Below, piece after piece: positions 31,778-41,294 of a stretch of 64,000 nt of DNA (position 1 is its first letter; every line of letters starts with the position of its first letter). Source of the stretch: Saccharolobus solfataricus P2 (GTDB lineage: Archaea > Thermoproteota > Thermoprotei_A > Sulfolobales > Sulfolobaceae). The position numbers and the translations under genes are program-made. The notes below the pieces were generated by a model. It worked only from the letters and a program-made list of their open reading frames with translations. It had not been told where the DNA came from and searched no databases. The stretch is from the NCBI RefSeq assembly GCF_000007005.1, contig NC_002754.1, one strand, 5' to 3'.

Positions 31778-33005
31778 GAGAGTGTCCGGAATGTAAAAAA
31801 TTGAATTTTTATTGGCAAGAATAAATTGGTTTCTAGTATTATCTTGGATTAAATTGGAGTAACACTTAAGTTATGGGAGTAGAGGGTAGTACCATGGCAA
31901 GAACATTAAGACACATACCAAACCTGATGTACTACCCTCTTCCCCCAATAGAGGATATGCCGTGGAGGGAAAAATGGTTAACGGAGATCAAGCCCGTGCT
32001 GGACACCATGGATTTGGAGAGGGTTCTGGGCGAGGGTGCGCTGGTTTACCTGAAGTTGTTAATCGTCATGGTGCTCTACTCTTGCTCCTATAGGGACGCG
32101 GTGAAAATGGTCAACGTGAACGTGGTCGTGGCCTGGTTCGTGGGGAGGAAGGTGGGGAAGAGCACGCTGCACGACTTCGTGGGCAGGTTGTACGGGGTGA
32201 GGAAGAAGTTGTTGGAGATTTCCTTCAAGCTTGAGGAGAAGTGCCTACCCAGTTACCTCCCTGCGAGCGCGCATCTCGTGGACTTCATGGCGTGGCTAGT
32301 GGACTCCTTCCTACTGGACTTACCTCCTGGGAAGAGGAGCGTGGAGACCTTTCGGGAGAAGGCGGAGCTGGAGAGGAGGGAAGGTAACCTGGAGAGGGCC
32401 AGGAAGCTGCTCTCCCTGGGGAGAACCAAGAGGAGGTTCGAGGGAAGGTGGACCAAGAAGAGAGGGGTCTCGCACTACGGGCTCAAGGCAGTGGCCGTGA
32501 TCTCCGTCTCCCTCTTCGTGAGGTCCATCACGGTGAAGCCAGCCAACTTCTCGGACAAGAGGTTCAAGTCACCGCTCAAGGGGATTAAGATCGCGGACAG
32601 GGGATTCTCTCCCTCCCCGACACAGCTCATAGCGCGGGAGAAGCCCTTCACTACCCTGAGGGCCCACGTGGAGTTCTTCGGCACCTACCTGAACGCGTTC
32701 TGGAGGCCCTACGGGACCACGACCTGGAGGAACGACGTCTTCCTTCACGTCCTGGGAGTGATCTACAACATCAAGATGTTCCTCGCGATCCAACGGAGGA
32801 CTCCTCCAGGACGTAGAGCCGTTCAGCTCTGAGACGCGCCTCCTCGCGATCAGGCAACGCTATGCGCGATAGGTAAATCCTCTCGTCTTGATATTTTTCC
32901 ATTATAAAGTTTTTCTCGGTTATCCGGGTTTCACCCTTCTGGCAATATTAATATTTATCATTCTGTTTATCTATTCGTTCAGATAATTACATTCCGGACA
33001 CTCTC
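31778..33005 (+). mobile_element. IS5-family element (ISC1234-like), 1228 bp, 4-bp TSD ACGT
   Basis: Perfect 19-bp IR GAGAGTGTCCGGAATGTAA; ACGT on both sides; the uninterrupted site is seen in the copy at 37880-37890. Confidence 0.85.
31873..32832 (+). CDS. IS5-family transposase, apparently intact
   Basis: LVDSF, RWTKKRGVSHYGLK, IADRGF, HVEFF. Confidence 0.85.
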   Translation: MGVEGSTMARTLRHIPNLMYYPLPPIEDMPWREKWLTEIKPVLDTMDLERVLGEGALVYLKLLIVMVLYSCSYRDAVKMVNVNVVVAWFVGRKVGKSTLHDFVGRLYGVRKKLLEISFKLEEKCLPSYLPASAHLVDFMAWLVDSFLLDLPPGKRSVETFREKAELERREGNLERARKLLSLGRTKRRFEGRWTKKRGVSHYGLKAVAVISVSLFVRSITVKPANFSDKRFKSPLKGIKIADRGFSPSPTQLIAREKPFTTLRAHVEFFGTYLNAFWRPYGTTTWRNDVFLHVLGVIYNIKMFLAIQRRTPPGRRAVQL

Positions 33006-34134
33006 ACGTGTCACCACAGACCGTGAGGAACTACGTGGAGGAGCAGGGAACTGAGGTGATCGAGAAGCTATTAGAGTCCATGAGGAGGATTTCCATGGAG
33101 ATACTCAAGGGAGTGAAGGAAGTCGACATCTCCATAGACTGGACAACCAAGACGTGGTATGGTAAGCCGGTGGAGGGACTGGGTAGTTCAGCCAAGGGGA
33201 ACTCGTGGAACTACGCTACCGCGACCACGAAGTATCAGAATATGGTGCTCCTCCTAGCTTTCGTTCCCCAAGTTAACGGGATGAGCAAGGATGAGATCGT
33301 GAAGCTCCTCATGGAGCAAATTGTGGGAATGGGCCTCAAGGTGGGGCTCGTAACCTTGGACGCGGGATTCTACACCGTGGAAGTCCTCAAGTTCATATCG
33401 CAGTTCAAGTTCGTGATAGGAGTCCCTGTGGGGGACGTGAAGATCTACGAGGAGTTCGACGGAGAGTACACGACAAACAGTAAGAGGCATAAGAAGGAAG
33501 AGCAGGTCAAGTTCAGACTCCTGGTGTATGGTAAGGAATCGTTAAGAAGAGGAGAAGACCGTGGTGTACTTCGCGAGGCGACCAACCTCGACCTACCCAA
33601 GAGGGAAGTGCTGAAGTTGTACAACAAGGTTAGGAGTCCCATTGAGACGTCTTACAGGAACATCAAGGCCTTCCTTCCCTTCACGAGCTCCACCAAGTTC
33701 ATCTTCCGCGAGTTGATCTTCGTGCTGGCCATGATCTTCTACTCGCTTTACACCGTGTTTAAGAACGTCATGACAAGAGAGGAGTTTAGATTGCTGCTCA
33801 TCCTCTGCTTTCTAGACGATTTATCTGATCTAAAGGATTTTATATTTAATCTTGAGGAAACACTTATTAATACTATAGATTTATTTTTATGGAGGTGATT
33901 TTGGGTCTACCGTAATGGGTGGTAGTGCCAATTGGTTCTCGCCCCTGGCTCAAATGTTACAATACTTGCTGCAACTCTAGACGGTTCTTCAGAATCGTGT
34001 ACTTGTTCAATAATTACGTTACCAGTGAAAAATCTCGGGTCGCCCCTAGTAAAAGGGATAGTACCGTTTTTTCTAACGATAAGATCCATACCAGCTTACC
34101 ACCGTCTTTTTCTTAGTTGTATATCTTTAGGTTT

Positions 34135-34554
34135 TTAACCTTTCTCCTCCTCTTTAAGTTCCTTAATGGCTTCTTGTGCTATTCTAAAACTGTCCATAGC
34201 CGCTGGTAATCCACAATAGGCTCCCACTTGCAATAATACCTCCTTTATCTCCTCTTCAGTACAACCGTTCCTTATGGCACCCTTAACATGTAATTTAAGT
34301 TCATTTTGTCTGTTCAAACAGCTTAATATTCCAATATTTATTAAACTCCTTATCTTCTTTGGAATAACATCATCTCTGGTCCATATTAACCCCCATGCGA
34401 AAATTGTCACCATTTCTTGGAGTTCTCTATTGAAGTCCGTAGTTTGACTTAATGACTTTTCCACGTATTCTCTTCCCATCACTTTTTTCCTAACTTCAAG
34501 TCCTTTCTCATAGAGCTTCTTTAATTCCGGGTCTTTGTCGAACAGACTACCCAT
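34135..34554 (-). CDS. Carboxymuconolactone decarboxylase (CMD)-family protein
   Basis: AWGLIWTRDD, RSLINIGIL, ELKLHVKGAIRNG, GAYCGLPAA. Confidence 0.88.
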   Translation of the reverse strand: MGSLFDKDPELKKLYEKGLEVRKKVMGREYVEKSLSQTTDFNRELQEMVTIFAWGLIWTRDDVIPKKIRSLINIGILSCLNRQNELKLHVKGAIRNGCTEEEIKEVLLQVGAYCGLPAAMDSFRIAQEAIKELKEEEKG

Positions 34555-34612
34555 ATAATATTTGATTAATATTAAGATAAAAAAGCGATCTGGTAAAGAA
34601 GAGGGACTCGGA

Positions 34613-35527
34613 TTACCTTGCGAAATAATCTATCGTGACTTTTTTTACTGCTTCATCTAATCTCCTTAAGTCGCTATCCCTAAGCGACCATCCTAGACTT
34701 CCTAAATTCTCCTTGAGGTGATCCTCTTTAGTAGTGTTGAAGATAGCAAATACATTATCCTTACTGACCAACCAATTTAGAACTACTTGTGCTGGAGTTT
34801 TACCTAGTTCCTTAGCAATTGAAGATATTTCCTCTATGAGCGGTTCTAAGTTTTTAATGTAAGTCTCCCTAGCAAGGACATACCATCTGTACTCGTTTCT
34901 GACCTCCTTTCTCCCTATTAGATAACCTAATCCTAAAGCATCGTATGCTAGCAAGGGGATATTTTCCCTTAACATATAAGGAAGAACCTCCTTCTCTACG
35001 TCTCTAAATAGAACGTTATAATGCAATTCATTAGCCGCAACGTCAGTCTTAGATAAATGTTCTCTAAATTCCCTCATCAAGGGAAGGGAAAAGTTACTTA
35101 GGCCAACATATCTAATTTTTCCCTCGTTGAATAACCTCTCCATCGCCTTAGCAGTTTCCCTTATGGGCACATAGTGATTAGGCCAGTGAACTAGGTATAA
35201 GTCTATATATGATGTGTTAAGTCTTTTTAAACTTCCCTCAGAAGCCTTCAAAACGTCATCATATCTTAAGTGGTCAATTGATACTTTAGTTATTATGAAC
35301 AAATCTTCTCTCTTGAATTTACTTATGGCTCTTCCAATAATTGTTTCTGAAAGACCATTTCCATAGGATTCGGCAGTGTCTATTGCGTTTATTCCAAGCT
35401 CTATTGCCCTTTGAATAGCTTTTATTGCATTATTCTCGTCGATTATTGAAGGTGTACCAAATTCCCAAGAACCTAAGATTAAGGGGGATATTTTCTCATT
35501 CGTCCATCCTAATGGCTTCTTTTCCAT
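34613..35527 (-). CDS. Aldo/keto reductase
   Basis: IDTAESYG, ITKV, DLYLVHWP, RYVGLSNF. Confidence 0.92.
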   Translation of the reverse strand: MEKKPLGWTNEKISPLILGSWEFGTPSIIDENNAIKAIQRAIELGINAIDTAESYGNGLSETIIGRAISKFKREDLFIITKVSIDHLRYDDVLKASEGSLKRLNTSYIDLYLVHWPNHYVPIRETAKAMERLFNEGKIRYVGLSNFSLPLMREFREHLSKTDVAANELHYNVLFRDVEKEVLPYMLRENIPLLAYDALGLGYLIGRKEVRNEYRWYVLARETYIKNLEPLIEEISSIAKELGKTPAQVVLNWLVSKDNVFAIFNTTKEDHLKENLGSLGWSLRDSDLRRLDEAVKKVTIDYFAR

Positions 35528-35600
35528 GAATAAGTAAGATATTGTTAAGTATTTAAATGTTTATTAATTGAGTTTAGCCTAGACCAATTTTCTTTTAATT

Positions 35601-36188
35601 TTGACTAACATACTAATTCTTATGGAGAGGGAGATAATTAAGATCTTATCCGTAGTTGAATTCCATCCTTTAATATTGGCTTTTCATCTTGGTTTGATGC
35701 TAGCAGGAGTTTCCCTACTCAGTTACTCCTTGTTCTTAATACTTGTCAAAAAGGTAGATATTATGCTCCCACTAGTTATCAGTTTCATGGCTTATCTTAC
35801 ATCGTTAATACTCCTTATACTAATTTTACTTCTAGAAACTTATCGTTTTCTGATCTTTGATGGGAGAATTTTGGTAAAAAACAGTCTCTTAACGAGAAAT
35901 GAATTCAAGTTTAGCCTAAGGGATAAAAATCTAATAATTGGCTTTTATGACAAGGCTTCATTAGGAAAGTTTGCAATAATATATGGCGATAGATTGCTTT
36001 TTAAATTTTTAACCCAGCAAAAAAATATAAGACTGATAAAAAACTTTGTGGTCAAGTCAGGTTACAGATTAGGTGGAACTTATAAAATTTGCAGAGTTTG
36101 TGGAAGCATAAATGAAGAAAACGCAGAGTACTGTGATTTCTGTGGCTCAAGAGAAGTTTCACCTTACGATCTCTACTGGATAGATTAG
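35601..36188 (+). CDS. Membrane protein with C-terminal zinc ribbon
   Basis: Two N-terminal TM helices; CRVCG...AEYCDFCG. Confidence 0.7.
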   Translation: MTNILILMEREIIKILSVVEFHPLILAFHLGLMLAGVSLLSYSLFLILVKKVDIMLPLVISFMAYLTSLILLILILLLETYRFLIFDGRILVKNSLLTRNEFKFSLRDKNLIIGFYDKASLGKFAIIYGDRLLFKFLTQQKNIRLIKNFVVKSGYRLGGTYKICRVCGSINEENAEYCDFCGSREVSPYDLYWID

Positions 36189-36208
36189 GTAATCTACTCT
36201 GCCCTAAC

Positions 36209-36510
36209 CGGTAGATCCAAAATCTCTCCCTTAAAAATAAATCTGTAGTATTATTAAGCGTTTTTTATTTTAATAGAATTATCTTCCACTATTAATGTTA
36301 TGGATAAAATAATGGGTGAAAGTCTTCCCTCTCCACATCCTTGAATATTGTGAAGAGGCACTACATGCCTCGCCTCTAACAAACCTACTGGGACAGCGAG
36401 TCCAGCGCGTCGCCTACGTCAATGTCCTTGAGGTCGACATTCTTGCCCTTGGGGATCCGGAGACGCTTCTTCGCGGGGCCCTTGTAGACTGTAACACATT
36501 TGCATAACTT
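36209..36510 (-). mobile_element. Degenerate ISC1225-related remnant (right end)
   Basis: CGGTAGATCCAAAATC resembles the ISC1225 IR. Minus frames read CLFTIFKDVEREDF and KTLNNTTDLFL, like the ISC1225 C-terminus SLYTVFKNVMTREEF...ETLINTIDLFL. Several stops. Confidence 0.65.
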
Positions 36511-36589
36511 TTAAATACTTTTAATCATTTCACAATATGATCTTTATTATGATTATGTTTATATATTATTTCCTCTACATTATAAATTG

Positions 36590-36785
36590 ATGAACTCCAT
36601 ACTGATGACGGGCTATGCTCACGAGGTATTGGGGGCGACAAATACGGATGGGAAGGTAGTGGTGTTTCCCTCGACTAGCCCCAATGAGTTGAGGGTGAGT
36701 GTGTATGAGCCCTCAAGAGGGGTGCCCCGTGGCGGAATTAGAAGTGGTTAAAAGTAAGCAGAAGTTACGCCACGGGTAAACACTC
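36590..36785 (+). other. GC-richer orphan fragment, probably mobile-element derived; abuts the truncated vapC
   Basis: 53-codon ORF (MNSILMTGYAHEV...GVPRGGIRSG) in a composition unlike its flanks; family not identified. Confidence 0.3.
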
Positions 36786-36893
36786 CGTAGCCTTCTCTTT
36801 CATCTCAGATATTTTCTCTTCTACAGATTTCTTAGGTTTTAAAATTGCGTAAACAAATACGTTATAATCTATAAATCTTACGCTTGAGCTCAT
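36765..36893 (-). pseudogene. vapC: Truncated PIN-domain (VapC) toxin, 42 aa; not in ORF track
   Basis: MSSVRFIDYNVFVYAILKP... has the PIN N-terminal hhDxNh motif and overlaps the antitoxin 3' end; frame stops after 42 codons. Confidence 0.7.
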
Positions 36894-37086
36894 GCCAGTC
36901 ATCCGGCAATTCATCAACTTCTACACTATCTATTAGTTTTGATACATTAGAGACCTTAGGATAAATTTCGATTCTATCATCCTTTAAAACCATAATAAGG
37001 TCTTCCGTATCGAATCCGGCTCTCCACTCTTTTGGTATAACAATTCTTCTCTGATCATCAACTTTCTTTATTACCACTTTTTCCAT
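36862..37086 (-). CDS. vapB: AbrB/MazE/SpoVT-fold antitoxin (VapB-type)
   Basis: KKVDDQRRIVIPKEWR...IEIYP swapped-hairpin signature. Confidence 0.8.
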   Translation of the reverse strand: MEKVVIKKVDDQRRIVIPKEWRAGFDTEDLIMVLKDDRIEIYPKVSNVSKLIDSVEVDELPDDWHELKRKIYRL

Positions 37087-37159
37087 TTTCTTGCTAATTA
37101 ATTATCGAATTATCATCATATAAGCTTTACGCCAAATATAAGGGAAGAGCGAATTACGT

Positions 37160-37234
37160 TAGTATTTTCGAAAAGTTCTAAGACTAGGATTTAACAGCGA
37201 ATCCTTGGAAGCTATAAACTTTCTGAAGGCATTA
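37160..37234. mobile_element. 75-bp SM1-like MITE, 2-bp TSD GT
   Basis: Aligns with 9787-9865 (TAGTATTTT.GAAAAGTTCT...AGCTATAAACTTTCTGAA.GCA.TA); GT on both sides. Confidence 0.8.
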
Positions 37235-37439
37235 GTGAAGGAAGATTATTATAATAGACGGGGGTTCAAAGGGGGCGGAAAACTTCGCCTCTTTGAGACG
37301 GAGATGGATAGCCCCCTTTGTAGAAATATTTAAAAACACTGACTATGAAATATTTTTGATGACAGTTACTGATGGGGCAAGCGTCACCGAGACACCTTGG
37401 TTAAAGCGAGGGTCTATGAGGTACGCCTCTGCTCCAGAC

Positions 37440-37566
37440 AGTGATGGCACAGACGTTAAGTACCATGCGGGGTGGGAGCCACCCTTAGTGCCTGTGGAGC
37501 TCTGCCCTCTACCAGTACTTCGGTACTGGCATGGTAGAGCTGTGAAGCAGGAAGCTCCCTCCTTTA
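37440..37566 (+). ncRNA. Candidate TnpB omegaRNA/reRNA scaffold; 5' limit uncertain; 3' part displaced to 38789-38807
   Basis: CCAGTAC-TTCG-GTACTGG cUUCGg hairpin (37512-37529) nested in CTCTAC/GTAGAG; located at a tnpB 3' end and IS605 right end. Confidence 0.55.
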
Positions 37567-38788
37567 CGGTAGACCCAAAATCATTTTACAAAAAATAATT
37601 TTGGTTGGGTAATATCAGATTCTGAAAAATAATAGAATTTATAGCTTTGACAAGAACGCAACTAATTGAAGATAGATTTAAGGTGAGGAACCCGGTATTA
37701 TCACGTGGTGAAGACAAGGTGATAACACCTGGTCTTCCCCACCAAAATAATATACAACAAGTAGGGTATAAATTACTTTCCATGTTGAGCTTCAAGGAAG
37801 AAAGGCTGAGGAGGTATCGAGAGTTCTGGTCTCCGCGTGCTTGTGGAACGACTCCGTGGAAAGCAAGTCCAAAGGGTATAACGTGTCACCACAGACCGTG
37901 AGGAACTACGTGGAGGAGCAGGGAACTGAGGTGATCGAGAAGCTATTAGAGTCCATGAGGAGGATTTCCATGGAGATACTCAAGGGAGTGAAGGAAGTCG
38001 ACATCTCCATAGACTGGACAACCAAGACGTGGTATGGTAAGCCGGTGGAGGGACTGGGTAGTTCAGCCAAGGGGAACTCGTGGAACTACTACCGCGACCA
38101 CGAAGTATCAGAATATGGTGCTCCTCCTAGCTTTCGTTCCCCAAGTTAACGGGATGAGCAAGGATGAGATCGTGAAGCTCCTCATGGAGCAAATTGTGGG
38201 AATGGGCCTCAAGGTGGGGCTCGTAACCTTGGACGCGGGATTCTACACCGTGGAAGTCCTCAAGTTCATATCGCAGTTCAAGTTCGTGATAGGAGTCCCT
38301 GTGGGGGACGTGAAGATCTACGAGGAGTTCGACGGAGAGTACACGACAAACAGTAAGAGGCATAAGAAGGAAGAGCAGGTCAAGTTCAGACTCCTGGTGT
38401 ATGGTAAGGAAATCGTTAAGAAGAGGAAGAAGACCGTGGTGTACTTCGCGAGGGCGACCAACCTCGACCTACCCAAGAGGGAAGTGCTGAAGTTGTACAA
38501 CAAGGTTAGGAGTCCCATTGAGACGTCTTACAGGAACATCAAGGCCTTCCTTCCCTTCACGAGCTCCACCAAGTTCATCTTCCGCGAGTTGATCTTCGTG
38601 CTGGCCATGATCTTCTACTCGCTTTACACCGTGTTTAAGAACGTCATGACAAGAGAGGAGTTTAGATTGCTGCTCATCCTCTGCTTTCTAGACGATTTAT
38701 CTGATCTAAAGGATTTTATATTTAATCTTGAGGAAACACTTATTAATACTATAGATTTATTTTTATGGAGGTGATTTTGGGTCTACCG
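37567..38788 (+). mobile_element. ISC1225, 1222 bp, transposase frameshifted (1-nt and 2-nt deletions)
   Basis: Same IRs as the 31459 copy. ORF pieces 37647-37901, 37841-38149, 38034-38774 with IDWTTK, LDAGF, RSPIETSYR. TTA repeated at both junctions. Confidence 0.92.
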
Positions 38789-38978
38789 TTTAGGAGGGGG
38801 TAGCTCACATTATATACATGAAGGTTAAAGAAGATTAAGTATTAACTTTACTTACAAGTCGCCCAACAGATAGCTAAACACTTCTATGAAGTTGAAGAGA
38901 AGGATTTTTTGATAGATTAGTACTTTTCCCAATTTAAGGGCTCAATAATGTTATAAACTTACTTAACAGAATGTAACT

Positions 38979-39782
38979 ATGCCTTGTAGAGGTTTACACG
39001 CAATACCAGCTGGTCCTCCAGAGTTTCCCGAACTAGCAACAATTTACGTAGTTTGCGGAGATAAACTTAACGTAATGATAGACGCTGGTGTTACAAACTC
39101 AATTATGGACTCTTCTTTTTTAGAAAAACTTGATCTCGTAATATTGACACACATTCATATAGACCATATTGGGCTATTACCAGAAATTTTAGATAGGTAT
39201 AAGAATGCTAAAGTCATGATAAAAAATGGATTTAAAAAGTTTCTGACAACTGAAGATGGAGTAAGGAGATTGAATGAGAGCTCGGAGAAAGTATTAGGCG
39301 ATCTTTATTATATTTACGGTGAGTTTACAAAAATAGATCCAGACAAAGTGGTTGAGGTTGAGGGTGGAGAGATGATTGATATCGGGGATGGAAAGACTTT
39401 GAAGATAATTTACACCCCAGGGCATGCAAAACATCACATTTCCGTAGTTAGTGATGATATTTTATTCACTGGTGATAGTGGAGGAGCTTACTTTAACGGT
39501 GCCGTTATACCAACAACTCCTCCACCACTAGATTACGATAATTACGTTAATAGTTTAAGGTTACAAATTTCATTAAAACCTAAGGTTGTTGGCTTAGCTC
39601 ATGGTGGACTTGTAAGTCCTAATATACTAGAACAACACTTGGATCAGATGCTGGGTAAAGAAAGTTTCGATATTGGCGAAATTGATATTGGAGGTATAGG
39701 CGGGGAAATCCTTAGGAAGCAAGTAGAGGTCAACTTAAGAGGCTTAAATGAGGCTTTAGGAAGAAATAAAAAGACATTATAA
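38979..39782 (+). CDS. Metallo-beta-lactamase-fold hydrolase
   Basis: THIHIDHIG, TPGHAKHH, FTGD, LAHGG. Confidence 0.9.
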   Translation: MPCRGLHAIPAGPPEFPELATIYVVCGDKLNVMIDAGVTNSIMDSSFLEKLDLVILTHIHIDHIGLLPEILDRYKNAKVMIKNGFKKFLTTEDGVRRLNESSEKVLGDLYYIYGEFTKIDPDKVVEVEGGEMIDIGDGKTLKIIYTPGHAKHHISVVSDDILFTGDSGGAYFNGAVIPTTPPPLDYDNYVNSLRLQISLKPKVVGLAHGGLVSPNILEQHLDQMLGKESFDIGEIDIGGIGGEILRKQVEVNLRGLNEALGRNKKTL

Positions 39783-39864
39783 TCTTATTGCTTATTTTTA
39801 TTTATAACGATGATCTAAACTTTATCAAACTAAAGAATATAAGATATACTTGTATATTAGACTT

Positions 39865-40194
39865 ATGGTTTGGAAAAGAACCATATCCGCAAAAGCATTA
39901 GAAAAAGCGAAAAGCGCAGCGGTTAAGGTAGAGGATAAAGTTGTTTTTATAGCTAATATAAAGGGAACGCTATACGCTATGGATGCAGTGTGTTCACACG
40001 CAAGGTGTATTTTAGATCAACTAGATGAAGAGAAACTTACTGTAAAGTGTTATTGTCATCAAGCATTGTTTGATTTAAGGAGTGGTAAAATGCTAGAACC
40101 ACCGTATGTTGCTCCAGATGCCCCAAAGGAAAAATTGGGATTAAAAACATATCAGATAAGAGATAATGGTGGTTGGATAGAGGTGGACGTTTAA
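39865..40194 (+). CDS. Soluble Rieske [2Fe-2S] ferredoxin (ORF track starts at TTG 39850)
   Basis: CSHARC and CYCHQALFDLRSG Rieske boxes; no TM anchor. Confidence 0.9.
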   Translation: MVWKRTISAKALEKAKSAAVKVEDKVVFIANIKGTLYAMDAVCSHARCILDQLDEEKLTVKCYCHQALFDLRSGKMLEPPYVAPDAPKEKLGLKTYQIRDNGGWIEVDV

Positions 40195-41294
40195 CTTTTC
40201 CTAATGGATTCAACTAAAGGCTTTAGGATAAAGTCCACTCCACCGCTTAAACTGGCCCAATATAACCTAGTGAAAGCTTTTTTCATATAACGATAGATTG
40301 ATGTAGGCCCTAAGGCCTTGCTCTTCTCATAGTTTAACCAAACTAACATACCTTCATTTGGTCCAGAGTAAACTGCGCATATAGCGGTACCGTCATAACT
40401 CTCTTTACTCCTATTTCCCTCTATTTCAGCTAGTATATTGTTTGCAACAACCTCAGCTTGAAAGTGGGCAGCTGCACCGGTTTTAGGTGTTGGGGTACTA
40501 TTGGCATCGCCAATTACGAAGACTCCATCCTTGTAAGCCAAAGTGCTCTTATCGACTGGTATTAATCCAGACTTATCAGCCAACTCACTAAAGCCCGTGG
40601 AGATTGGTGTATCTATAATCAAGTGGTCAAAAGCAATCTTCTCTCCTTCAGTCGATACTGCATACCTTTCGTTGTAGTTAACCTCTTGTATTACAAACCC
40701 TTTGTAAACTTTTATACCTAACTCGTTAGCCTTCTTATTAAACATGTTTGACATTGGGACTTGTAAAGGGGGTGGTTGCTTAGCAGGGACTATTACACTA
40801 ACGTTGGCATCGGGATATTTTCTCTTTATTAGAAATGATAATTCCCACGGTGCAGCTGGACACTTTATTATTCCCGGAAGAGACCCAATAACGAAACTCT
40901 TTCCCCTTGGATTCATAACTTCATTTTTAATCATCTTAGCGTCTTCGATTGTATGATAGCCCCTCAGACTATGAACGGGTATATTTTGTCCTCCAGTTGC
41001 TATTACTATATAATCGCCCTCAAATTTTTCTCCACTCTCTGATATTATTGTCCTATTTTCTGGCATTATTTTGGTAGCTTTAGACCTTACCCATTTTACT
41101 GATGGTTTCAATAATGAGCTAGTAGGCATCTTTATTTTATTCTCATCTACTTCCCCAGTAATGTAATCCACTAATCCAGGTTGATATGTGTGATATTCAT
41201 TTGGTTCTATTACCGTAACTTCTAATTTATCCGCTAACAAGTTTGCTATCAATGTTCCTGCATTTCCTCCCCCAACTACGACTAATCTTTTCAT
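40191..41294 (-). CDS. Sulfide:quinone oxidoreductase / FCSD-like flavoprotein
   Basis: GGGNAG, IATGG, IKCPAAPWE, FVIGDA, PKTGAAAHFQA, YDGTAIC (two redox-type Cys). Confidence 0.78.
   Translation of the reverse strand: MKRLVVVGGGNAGTLIANLLADKLEVTVIEPNEYHTYQPGLVDYITGEVDENKIKMPTSSLLKPSVKWVRSKATKIMPENRTIISESGEKFEGDYIVIATGGQNIPVHSLRGYHTIEDAKMIKNEVMNPRGKSFVIGSLPGIIKCPAAPWELSFLIKRKYPDANVSVIVPAKQPPPLQVPMSNMFNKKANELGIKVYKGFVIQEVNYNERYAVSTEGEKIAFDHLIIDTPISTGFSELADKSGLIPVDKSTLAYKDGVFVIGDANSTPTPKTGAAAHFQAEVVANNILAEIEGNRSKESYDGTAICAVYSGPNEGMLVWLNYEKSKALGPTSIYRYMKKAFTRLYWASLSGGVDFILKPLVESIRKS

Larger units (their letters stand above)
31459..33912 (+). mobile_element. ISC1225 (ISH3/IS4-like), 4-bp TSD TAAT, itself interrupted by an IS5-family element
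   Basis: IR CGGTAGACCCAAAATCA / TGATTTTGGGTCTACCG. TAAT at 31455-31458 and 33913-33916. Net length 1222 bp. Confidence 0.92.
31212..34089 (-). pseudogene. Cupin-domain protein (139 aa when rejoined) split by ISC1225::IS5 insertion
   Basis: Rejoined frame reads ...[22 protein letters not shown]...[16 protein letters not shown]...; 33913-34089 + 31212-31454 = 420 nt. Confidence 0.9.
37255..38807 (+). mobile_element. Non-autonomous IS200/IS605-type MITE (~330 bp net, SMN1-like size) interrupted by ISC1225; left boundary approximate
   Basis: Left hairpin 37267-37295; tnpB-like C-terminal frame VPVELCPLPVLRYWHGRAVKQEAPSF(RRG*); right end CCCTCC-TTTA-GGAGGG...GTAGCTCAC ending in TCAC at 38804-38807. 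Confidence 0.75.

Noticed and set aside
37354-37372. TGATGA-N6-CTGA as a box C/D or K-loop motif
   Set aside because: Spacer too short for guides and no convincing flanking stem; short motifs arise by chance.
37293-37598. 101-aa ORF as a protein-coding gene
   Set aside because: Lies within the IS605-type MITE and reads into the ISC1225 IR; only its tnpB-derived tail is meaningful.
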